DNA of 64,000 nt from Leidyana gryllorum EB-2025a (taxonomy: Eukaryota > Protista > Apicomplexa), in the NCBI GenBank assembly GCA_048772705.1, contig JBLWGC010000185.1, positions 62,001-126,000 on the forward strand. Reading direction: 5' to 3'. The translations under genes were made by a program, and so were the position numbers. Each line of letters starts with the position of its first letter. The first letter of the stretch is position 1. A model generated the notes under the pieces. That model was not told where the DNA came from and made no database searches. It saw nothing but the letters and a program-made list of their open reading frames with translations. This document shows, one piece after another, positions 23,129-34,200 of the stretch.

Positions 23129-23497
23129 TTAGTTATTAAGCACTGCGAGAATATCATTCTCAGTGATGAAGGTAACTTCTTCATCTTTTTCATCGGCGAA
23201 CTTGTACCCTTTGAAACTGTTGTAGAGGGCTATGTCCCCTACTTTTACCGATTTGACCGGAATATGTTGACCATTCGTTGGGTTTACGCGCCCCGGACCC
23301 ACAGCCAGAACCTAAGAGCAGCAATTTACCATAGATGGTTGTCGTCGCAAGCAGTAGCCCACCTTAGCTTTGGTGATTGACATCATGTTGTCCCTGTCTG
23401 GGATGATGTACAGTCCCTTTTCCGTCACTTCATTGGGCTTAATCACCTTCAGCAGTATATTGTCGAAGGTTGGTTTGAGTTTCGTCGCAAGGCTCAT
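23129..23497 (-). CDS. HSP10: Chaperonin 10 (HSP10/GroES family), 2 exons
   Basis: LKPTFDNILLK..TEKGLYI..KAK|VLAVGPGR...VKVGD...ENDILAV. GT-AG intron near 23312-23362. Confidence 0.88.
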
Positions 23498-23512
23498 TTG
23501 ACAAATTTCTGG

Positions 23513-24491
23513 CTACGAACGCAGGTACACAGTCTGAGGGCACTGTGCGGCGCAGCACACACGTGTGTATTTTGAGTAGCTAAACTTCAGCTTACCTTCC
23601 AGGCGTCGATACAGTGCACTCCGAGCCACTGCAAAGTCAGCAAGGCGGGCATCGTGAGATCGACAACGCTGCAGTAGAAATACGGTGTTGCAGAGGGTCC
23701 GAGCACCTACCTGTCGATGCAGAAAAAGACTGTTCCCAGAACCACAAGGGGTAGGAGCGCGAGGTACACAGTGGCTACCCACGACGTCTGGCGCGGACTT
23801 GGTACTATGATGGTCAATGCTGCGTAGGCAGTGTAGAGGCGGAGAGGTGTCCGTGATGTGACTCACTAGCGAGGAGCTGAGCGATCAGCACACATTGAAT
23901 GATCAGACGTCGAACTGGGAATGCAGGGAGGGGCATCAGAATGAGATAGAAACTGCCTTGATTGGGCTTGTATGGTTCTAGAGCGTTGTTTGAGGCGGGA
24001 GAGAGCCGGAGCTTACTCAATAGCTTGAGCTGTGCTGTGAGCCATAAGACGGTGACTGCAGTTCCAACATAGGCTTGATAGAGGGGGCGACCAGGAGGCT
24101 CTTTGTTTCCCTTCAACTGCAAGACCAGGCCTTGTTGTATCGGAACCGCATCATCATTATCTGCAGAGCACACGCGTGTGTGTGTGCGTGTGTATGAGGC
24201 GAAAGTGTCACCTGTGGTGGTGTCTTCAGCTGACGGCATGTTGATAGCTATGTCGTGGTCGCCGGTGTGTCTTCTGTGGCAATGGGTTTGCCATTGGGCG
24301 ACATGGTCATGGTCTACGCGGCCAGCGATCCCAACCCGTTGTTCGGGTAGTAAGACCTGAACATATCCTGGATCAGAATTACGGGGTGTTGGACATATGA
24401 GGCTAGAGAGTACATGTTTATGTAGACGGAATTCGACGGGCTGGACAAAGTCGGAGAGAGGTGCCGACCAGGGTTGGCTGGCCCCATCCAT
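23513..24491 (-). CDS. Hypothetical multi-exon membrane protein
   Basis: ATG 24491. Several GT-AG introns, including 24161-24211 and 23543-23595. Hydrophobic segments. Confidence 0.5.
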
Positions 24492-24551
24492 TTGTTGGGG
24501 TGGCAAATATTGTGGGCATGCGTGGTCTGTGTTGTGGTTGTGTGGGGAAGT

Positions 24552-27393
24552 ATGTCTGACCAGGAAGAGCGAGGTTCAAATGCTAAACTTGGGCCCCCTA
24601 AGAAATCGGTTAGGCTGACGCCGGATCAGGCTGCTCGGACTCCAGCTGAGACGCATTCATTTCAGCGGAGGAAAACGTTGCAGCCCAGCACACTTCGGAA
24701 GACTTTGGTGCAGAAGACGCTGAATGCGCCGTCCCGAGATCGTAAGAATGAGCCAGGGGCCAGCAAGAAGGAGGAGTCACCGGCCAGAGGCGCTGGGCCA
24801 CTGGACACCATGGAGCAACGATTAGCGGAGTTACGAGCGCAGGTGGAGAGTGCGGGTCTGAAAGATCGCGTAGGAAGCGATATGTCAGCGGAGGACGGCC
24901 GTTCGCAGTCTCCGGGAGCCGTGTCGAGTTCGCGTGACTCTCGGTCGGACGACAACCCGTTCCGTACCCACGAAGAGACGGATGCCTTTTTCTCCAATTA
25001 CATTAAGCGTCAGGAAACCTTAAAGACTAACAGAGTGCTGAAGAATTTAGGTCTGCGCTCTACGACAGACGATCTGTTGCCGGGGGCAGAATGGGCCGAT
25101 ATGGCTGTCGAAGAGCCCTCGGCTCTCGAGAGGTGGTTGGCTATGGAGGAGAACAGCGACAGTGACTCGGGTCGCGAGGACGACAATCCCGTGGCAACGA
25201 TGCGTCGGCGGTGTCGTCGACATTTGTATCTCCATCAGAGAGCGCGATATCTGTATCAGAATCGCAACAATTGGCTCAATAGGATCCGTCAGTGGAGAGA
25301 TGAGGAAATGAGAGAGATTCAGAAAATTGATGGAAGACTCGAATCGAAGCTCAGCGGTATCGCCAATGTGATTCAAAATCATCAGAAGGAATGCCGATTC
25401 CTTCGCAAAGGTTTGGAACGCCAAATGGGAATCCAATTGGCCAATGTTGCCAACAAGGGGTGGTTCAAAACTGGTCAGGGTGGTGTCGTCGATCTCAGAC
25501 CCGTCATGGCGCCTTTCCTCGCCAGCCGGGGCGCCTATAAAAGGGCTCACTCGGATCCGTCCGCTCGGACGAAGAAAGAAGGAGAAGAAGGGGCCGACAC
25601 CGCCGGAGAGCACACGGGAAGGGGCGTCAGATTCGAAGATCCCAAACCTTTCGGAATGGAACCTCGTCAGGGAGGCCCTCTTGTCGGCCGCACAGCCAGT
25701 CTGGTTCGGAGGGCCACCTCTATGGGCAGCACGGGTGCAGCTCTGAAACGCCGCGCCTCGCTGGGATCCACGGCCCTCATCAAACGACCCTCTTTCATGG
25801 CCCTCGCCAATGGGCTCTTTGGAGGGGAAAGACGGACCAACGCCTTCTCCAATGTCAAATTCGCCCGATCAATGAGAGACAGCGACTTGGAGGAAGTTGA
25901 GAACCGTCAGAAAGCAATTCAGGCCAAATTCAAACAGCTCGAGAATATTAAACTCAGCAGAATCGATGACTATTCGGTCTCCCCCTTACAAAGAGCCCTC
26001 CTCAAATATGAACTTTTCGAAATGACTCGAGACGAAGCTGTATTGGATCTCAATGATTGGAGAATGATCTTCCCTCGATCCGACATCAGCAGTCTCCTCC
26101 CCTGGCTCGGAAAGCGCATGCGGAACGGCGAGGCCGTTACCGATTACGCTATGAAGAACAATCGACGGTTTGTTCATATCTATTCTAAGGGAGGCATCAG
26201 AGACGCTCGTGCTGAGGAACACGTCAAAACAGAACGATCAAACCAGATTCTAGCGATGCTCAGAAAGAAAATCGACGAACTTCGAGACGATGAAGAAATC
26301 ATCATCAATCAAACTCGCCAAGCAAAGGACGCTCTCCCCAAGATGCTCAAAAGCAGCTGGGTACCCAAACGCTTCCGCGAATGTGGTATGGACGATGAGG
26401 AGATCACAAAGGTGAGATCACTAAAAGACCCACGTGCCAGGAAACGGCTGGCTGAGTTGCTGTGTGCGCGTATAAAGTTTGCTCCCCGCAAACTGCACTA
26501 TCTGTGCGCGCATCTGCTGTGCTCGCGGTTGCAATTCATTATTGATGCACATACATGCGATGATGATCATGAGTAAATATACATCGTTGCTATCCAATGC
26601 TTAATAAGTGCAAGACCTATTCTTCTTTACTTTGCAGATTATCCGGAAGCGATATTACGAGGAAAAGGAACGACGGGATCGCCTGACCAACTCGTTGCCT
26701 GGCGGACTGAGTGCCGTGCCCTTGCAGCCTCCTCGCGCTCCTTACAAAGAGCATCCCGAGACTCCACCTCCAGTCGATCTAAGCCACAAACAGACTATGT
26801 TGGCTGGACAGTCCACCATGGACGCAGCACACACCCATCGTGCCAAGAGCATTAGCCCTGCAGATAATGATGATGACGAGGACGGCACAGGTGCCCTCGC
26901 AGCGGGAGGTCTCATAGGAGTTCTCACAGACAAGGACGGCGCACCCGCTGATGAAGATGGGCCATTGACTGCTGGAGATAAACAATTCACCACCTTCTTC
27001 TTGAACGCCCTCGGCATCGACCCGAAGAGTCTCCTGACAGGAGACGAAGAACAGGGAGTCGATGAAAACGCTGTTCGGGAGGACGCTCGATTGCCTGGTT
27101 TCACGCCACAAGACGAGAAAGTCCAGTTGTTCGCTTGTCAAACCACGATGGCCGATGTAATGAACAATACTAAGGCCAATCTCGAGGATCTATACTCCAT
27201 CGTCAATGACCAGGACGAACAGCCACGCCTTGTTCTGGAGACGAAACAAACGGAACAAGACAAACCTTGGGGACACTTCTTAACCGGACGTGGTCAACAA
27301 AGGATTGTACATAAATACTATCAACTCGATGATGCGGACGCCGATATGCTACCCGCCTGGGTGCAAACAGCGCAGACCGAAAGACAGGTGTGA
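24552..27393 (+). CDS. Hypothetical coiled-coil protein, 2 exons
   Basis: MSDQEE at 24552. Intron ~26412-26637 joins ORF 24474 to ORF 26608. Confidence 0.65.
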
Positions 27394-27702
27394 GGCCAGA
27401 CGCACACACGGCGAGGCACTCAGTCAGTCTCCCTTCTCTTCTAGCACGCTCACTCGCACAATTAACCCTCCCTTCACACAGAAAACAAAATAGTCCCCAA
27501 TGTGAAGAGTGAGACACGGAGAGTGGGTGTGTGGAGAGTGTTGTCGAGGCAGAAACAAGAAGGCATTGACAATGGCAATGGCAAGGATTCAGCACCTGGA
27601 GCAGCTAGGTGGAAAGGAAGCCGCCTTGGATCTTGAACAGCCGCCTCGTCACCTACGAGCTCGCTGAGTGCCTTGGTGTGCTTCATACTTCTTTGGCATT
27701 CT

Positions 27703-29587
27703 TCAAGGAGAGGTCGCCATCACCGACTGCTGCTCCAGATTGACATTTCGGGACCACGGACGCCCATATATGGTGCACAAGAAGGGGACGCCGATACACA
27801 ATCCGAACCAGAAATAGTAATTGCCAAACAGAGTAGCCTTATGCAACCGGCTCATACTCATCAGTGGGATCTGGCACATCATGATGACAAACATGTATGG
27901 CCTGAACAACCCAAGAGCCACAGACTGCGTAGCACACACGTGTGTGCGTTTGGAATGAGCGAAGGAGACACACGAAGAGTGCCTACCAGGAAGGTCTCGT
28001 GCAGCAATGCAGAGAACATGAAGGTTGCAACGGATGCGACCATCTTATTATTCTGCACAATTGTTATTGTTTGACAGATTGCAATGACATTTATTATGAG
28101 TTTACCTTTGTGGCCAAACTTGGCACGTAGACGTGTCGGAGTAAGAATTCGTGAACAGGTTTGTTCCATTTGCGGGCCAGTTCGTCCCACGTGGTGCAGT
28201 TCCACCAGTCCTGTGGCACAGAAGGGCGTGGAAGAATTTCTTTGTTCTCAGGACTCACATGATAGAACTCGCGATCCCCAAAGTCAGTGATCTCAGCCAA
28301 CATATTGAGGATACATTCGAACATGAAATAGAAGAATAGGAAATCCATGATGAGAAGCGGAACGACCATCCTGATGGAGGGAAGTTTGGGTCAGTGACAG
28401 GATGCCTGATTTTTGCGCTCACCTCGCCCAGGTGTGAAGCATGGAGTACTTGTGGGACTCAGCGAAGACAGGGAGCATTAGATCTGCTGCAACAAGGTAG
28501 ACGAGCATCTGAAAGATAGATTGGGGTAAGAGTTAGCTTGAATTTTGAAGATTACCAGAGTGCCAATGAGGAGAATGGTTTTCTTGAGGAAGTACATAGG
28601 ACGGAAAGGATGGGGTGCCCTGGGGTAGTCGGTCTCATAGACCAATATAGGGGCGAGGAGAAAGCGTGCAAAATCCTTGAGCGTGAGTTTTTCCGCGACG
28701 GAAGAGTCTTCTTCGACTAGGTCAATGCTGGTTGTAGCATAAGAGTGCATCTTCATATAGTGTATCATGGTAACGGAGAGGGCGAAGGTGGAGGGGAAGA
28801 TGGCGAGCGAGTTGCGTCGGACTAGAATGGACACAGTGATGATCATTATGGCCTGAAAGGAGTGTTTGGCGACCGATACGCGGTGCTTTGTCATTAATCC
28901 TTTTAAATAGGCCTGAACGAGACCGAAGGATGTGAATGACCAACAAAAGCAGGCCAGCCACGTGCCCATCAAAATCCAGAACGGCGCAAACGCGGCTCGC
29001 GCCAACTGCGAAGAGGAGTTTGTTTGGGTCGATGAGAGCGAGCCGGCGATGACTTACTGTGCGGTCGAAGAAGTACCCCTTCTCTATCTTGTTATACGTT
29101 GGGTTCGCGATGATATAACAGAGGGAGACGATGTCTGCATTGTAAAGCGAGTTGGGGGCGAGTTGGGGCGAGTTGGGGCGAGTTGGGGGCGAGTTGGGGG
29201 CGAGTTGGGGCGAGTTGGGGCGAGTTGGGGGCGAGTTGGGGCGAGTTGGGGCGAGTTGGGGGCGAGTTGGGGCGAGTTGGGGGCGAGTTGGGGCGAGTTG
29301 GGACGAGTTGGGGGTGAGTGGTGCAGGTGAGTGAGGATTTGACGGGAGTACTTACGAGCGAGCGTCAAGAGTCCGACATAGTTTGATCGTGAGAGGTCCG
29401 AGTCGGGGTCGCAAGAGTCTAGACGAGAGGGTCGAACAGAGCGGACAAAGTTGCCTATTTTGGGTTTAGGCGTGCCTTTGGCGGAGCCCTGTGTTGGGGA
29501 GGCGGGTGCCTTGGAGGAGGCGGTAGAGCTGGTTTCCGCCTCCATACGGAGGCGCGGGCCCTCACGCGGGGTGGTAGCGGAGACCAT
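27703..29587 (-). CDS. MBOAT family sterol/diacylglycerol O-acyltransferase (ACAT/DGAT1 type), multi-exon
   Basis: MKMHSY, FLLAPILVYETDYPR, FGDREFY|DWWN..WNKPVHEFL.RHVY.P, FSALLHE and GNYYFW motifs. Confidence 0.9.
29147..29314 (+). repeat. G-rich minisatellite (CGAGTTGGGG[G])x~16 inside intron 1 (29135-29355) of the MBOAT gene
   Basis: Direct tandem 10/11-bp units. Confidence 0.95.
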
Positions 29588-29606
29588 CTTAGGCAAAAAT
29601 TAACCA
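29588..29606. promoter_or_regulatory. Candidate bidirectional micro-promoter (19 bp) with CAAAAATT
   Basis: CAAAAATT at 29594-29601, between divergent ATGs 29587 and 29607. The second ATG is not certain. Confidence 0.45.
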
Positions 29607-31295
29607 ATGAGGCCAACCCAATTCTCGGAGCGAGCCGTCTTTCTCGACCGGCCAACGCGACGTCGTCCACCTCCTGCGTTTCTGGCACACTGGTTTTGGG
29701 CTTCTCGGCTTAAACTGGCAGCAAAACGCAAAGACCCCTCGCGGCCAGTGGTGATACTGGAAGTTTCGGACGAGCCACCAACAAAGTCACGGAAGCGCGT
29801 AGTCCCGATGGCGGCCAGACGATCTCTGACGTTTATATCCTCTGACTCGTCGTCGTCTTCTGCCAGCGATGAGGAGGTATCCATAGTTCGGACCAGTCGC
29901 CCAGTCAAACGTACTGACGCCCAACCGCCGACGAAACACGACCCCGATGACGGCTGCTATTCGAGCCTCGAGGAAGGAGAGGTCCCCGAGAGAAGACGTC
30001 CGGCCCCCGCCGCCCCTAAAGAAGTGTGGTACTCGAGCGGTGATGAGGAAGAAGCAGCAGCAGAGAAGAAAGACAATAGTGTTGGCAAACGTTCAACTCA
30101 CAATGGCCGCCAGTACACGTCCAGTCGGGCGGCCTGCAATGTGGTCCGTACCATTGCCCCCTCTCGCGACAGCAGAAGACGATCTCGGTCCCCCCCCTCC
30201 CGTTCCGGCCGAGCGCGACCCGTCTCCCCTTCGCCCTCCCCCTCCCCCTCCCCCCGGCGCCATCATCGACGCTCGCCCTCTCCCAAACCCCGCGGCCACC
30301 GTAACGATTACGTTCCCTCTTCGGAAGAGGACGAGGGACAAATCAAACTCCGCAATATAAGCAGACGACGACGACGACGTCAACCACGCGACGCCGCCTA
30401 CTCGGACGACGAGGAACCTTCTTCACACGACGAGGGACGGAGACGCCGCAGCTATTCCTCTGACGATAACCGACGCAAGAAACCCGCCCTCCGTCGCCGC
30501 GTCTCGCCCCGCCGCGTCTCGCGCTCAGTCTCGTCTTCGTCCTCGGACAACGAAGAGGTCGCTGTCACTCGCCGACCTCTCAATCTGCCCGCGCAAAAGG
30601 GCGGCAGATACTCTGACGAAGAGGACGGGAGATATTATGACGACCGCTCGGACGACCGGTCCCGTTCCTCCTCGCCGTCCGGCAGCGACAGCGGACGGAG
30701 GGGATATCGACGCAGACCTGAGCATTACGACGTCTCGGAGGCACAGCATCGGGGTCGAATCGTCGGCATCGGGCGGAAGCTTCAGCCCACCGCTGTGGTT
30801 GTCAACGAGTCATTAGCGGCTCCTCCATCGTCGTCGTTGAGATCGAAACTGTTGACGTCGTCTCAGGGAACCACCACCAACGGATCTCAACTGTTGACGT
30901 CGTCTCAGGGAACCACCACCGGATCTCCGGCTATGGGAATTCGTATCGCTCCTCCGTCGTAAGTTTGCACCGCCGCTCAGCTTCACCTTTTTCGTCTCCC
31001 CCACAGAATGGCGGCCGCAGCAGCTTTAGAAGCGGCTGGGAAAATCGTCCCGGCGTGGATGACCAAAGGAGAGGTGGTCCACAAGACGCTGGAGGAACTC
31101 GAAGAAGAGGCCAAACAGAAGACGATGGAACACACCAAGAAGGCCAATGCGCGACTGAAGATTGACGATGCCGTCATCCAACAGCGACTTCAGGAAAAGT
31201 CTCGAACATTGGGCGGGACTCCGCTTCGGCGAATACGGCCGCCTCGTGGAGCACCCCCCAACCGTAATGTGAGAATGAACCACCTAATGCGGTGA
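29607..31295 (+). CDS. Arg/Ser-rich (SR-like) protein, 2 exons
   Basis: RS/SP-rich ORF whose stop lies inside GTAAGT. Intron 30959-31006 joins it in frame to ORF 31008. Contains a 39-bp tandem duplication (LLTSSQGTTT x2). Confidence 0.7.
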
Positions 31296-34200
31296 CAAAA
31301 GCTCCCCATCTGAAGGTTCCATCAGTTGCCTCTGTAATCAAAAGTGCGGGAAAATCAGTGCCTTCGCCTAAACATCGACAAAGCGCTGCCTCCTCGCCTC
31401 TCAACCCCCTTCTGTCGCGCCCTGCCCTCTCCAAGCCTCAGCCGCGGAAAACATCCACCTCCTCGGCACCAAAGTCGGGAACAACAGCTACCGCCCCCAC
31501 AGGGCGCACCACCACACCCAACAACCGCCCCCCACTACCGCCTCCCAAGCCGGAGAGAACCGCCTCGGTGCACTCAGCTTCCACCTCCACGAAGCCGCCC
31601 AAAGCACCCAGCCCCAGAAAGGACTCGTCATCCAAATCGTCAATCTCCACCTCCACAGCGCCCACCCGGGGATCCACTTCCACCATCAACCTCACCAAAA
31701 TTGAGATCGCTACACTCCGCACTGTAGAACGCCATCTCAGCGCACTACCGCCCGGCATCGTGGACCCACCTATCAACTCCACTGCCCAGAAAGGCGCATC
31801 CTCGCCCTCCGCGGCCCTCCCGCCCTGGAAGTCGTTGATCAAAGAGAATCCGTCCCCATCGGACCGCTTAACGCTGTTCGCAGCCCACCGCGGAGTGCGC
31901 CTTGGCGCTATAATCGCTATGCAGGCCTGCAACGCACAAAGCATATATATACCCCCTTTGGTCACTGCTTTCCATCGTAACATATTCCAAATGATGTGGT
32001 GGGATCATTACTTCACTCGATCTGTAACCAACGGAATCGATCTGGCATCTGTATACCTTGAAGCTCACAAGGGCGCCATACCTGAAATTGAAGGCTGCTG
32101 GGAACTCTTCAAGTCAAACTATGTCGCGTCCCAAGTCCAAACCAAGGATAGATCACCCAGACTCAAGAAGATTGCACCCACAAAGATCGTTGACATTATA
32201 GCTGAATATTGCCATTTCAGTTTTGAACCAAAAGGGTCATCACAGTATTGGTGGTATCGTGGTCTCTTGCACGAATTGCTCCGAAACACAAAGTATGCGA
32301 ATCTGGATCAATATCCATTTGACTTTCGAGGTTCCGTTGGTATTAACATTTTTCCACCACCTCCGCCTTCCCCCGCCACTTCCAAGTCACAGGGCCGGTG
32401 CGTAATATCTGCAGACAACAATCTCACCAATGTCGGTGCCTATGAGTCATTCTGTGCCTATTACGCCGCTGATGTTGCTGCTTCTGTGCTGAGGGCCCTC
32501 CCACAATTGCCGTCGCCGAAAGGACACACGTGTGTGTTCGCCATTGATGTTCCCACATTAACCTATGCTTTCAACTCTTTGCTTAGTCAATTGATGCGTT
32601 GGCAAGTCGGTGTTGCACAACAACGCTGTAGCCTTCAAGCGCGCCAATCGTCTGCACAAATGCTGACATACTTCCTGTCACGAGGTCCCGATCATGTGTG
32701 GTGCACAAACAGTCTAAAATGTGAGCTGATCTCTACCATCAGACGTTCCATCCGAGTCATGCCGCTCACCGAGGTGCCCTCTCAGCGCTCGTCGATCTGG
32801 TATTATTTCAAAACCCCTAGCGTCCTGAGGATCGTCCTCCAACACCTTAACCTTGATTATCGTGAAAGTATATTGGAACGGGCTAGAGAGGACCTTGGAG
32901 ACCGTGGGCGAAGCGCTAGATGGCACTGGCTCAAACGATTCTTCGAGACTGCGTGCAAGGGTTCTGTGAGTTTTGACGTTGGACTGGACCGGTATCGATT
33001 TGATTTTCGATATTTTGTTCCGACGGCTAATGGCGCTGACTCCACACCCAGTGCCTCCCCACCCATCTGCCGAGACTACCTTCGCCCGATAGCAATTCCT
33101 TTGGATCCCCAGCAACCTGTGAGGAGGAAACAGCTCACAATGCCCTGGCCGATCTCCTTCTTCGTTCATGACGACGGACAGAAGCAGCATAACAGCCGAC
33201 GAGTCACTTGTAGTCCTCAGACCCAGGCCATGAATCGAGGATCTATTGTGGCAGATTGTCTGCTGGTGGGTATCGTTAGCTCCAAGCCGCCTATCAAGAC
33301 TGGTGACGGAGGAATAGCATATGTAGATGTCGAGTTGCTGCGGAGATGTGTCACTCAAGAGCTCGAAACGATGGATATTGATACTGATCCCCACAAAGCG
33401 CCGTTTGAAGTCAAGCAGTTGGCAAAGAATCTTCGGGAAGCGATCAATATGAATGGTGGCAAAGAGGTGTGGCTCAATGGGCCTCCGAAGAATCGGCATA
33501 CAATATGGGTGCCGTTCGAGTTGGACGACCGCAACGCTCCGTTGTGGTTGAGCGAAGCTATTGTCAATACAATCAATGTGGGTGACATTAAAGTTCCGCC
33601 GCCTGACAATTTGCGGTATTGGTGGCTCCGAGGTTTGTGGGGAACGTTATTGCGGCACACCCCCTACGAGAATCTGGATCGACCGCCGATAGATCTTCGG
33701 CAAAATCTGGCCATTTCTCCCCCTTTGGTGGCTCTCTCCCAAAAGAACCATCGAGCTTTCCAGCTGGGCATTGAGTGTGGACACCGCTTTCAGCGCATTG
33801 TCCTCGAAGGGTCGCTTGCAGCCACGTCCACAGCGAAAGCTTTCTCCATAACGCGTCTGCCGCTCCTGAGCGAAGCCGTCAAAGGATGTCTCGCCGCCTT
33901 TAGACAGATTGCCTCCGACACCCGGATTTTGAGCACCGTCATCGAGTGTGCGGAGAAATGTCGCAACTTTTATGAGAGTACCGGTCAATGCCCGACTGAC
34001 AACGTTTATGGGAGGATATCGTCCGCCTGTTTGCCAGTTGAGTCCATGACTGATTACAATTGGCTCGCCTCTGCCCTCTACTGTTGTTTCACACAAGTCA
34101 ACATCGAGCCTCCACTGAAAGGCGGGTTTGACCTCATTTACAAAGTAAATGTGTCAGCCTGGTGGCGTGCGCGGGGTTTCTTCACTCTTCTGCTTCATCT

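Noticed and set aside
29147-29314. CRISPR array or telomere
   Set aside because: No unique spacers, eukaryotic context, and it lies internally within a GT-AG intron. The unit is not a simple telomeric repeat.
28932-29596. ORFs with repetitive peptides (GASWGELG / PTRPNSPQLA)
   Set aside because: These are translations of the intronic minisatellite.
32524-32536. CACACGTGTG copy as a hidden intron in the 1594-aa ORF
   Set aside because: No convincing flanking splice sites and no GCT tail. Treated as a coding exception to the intronic pattern.
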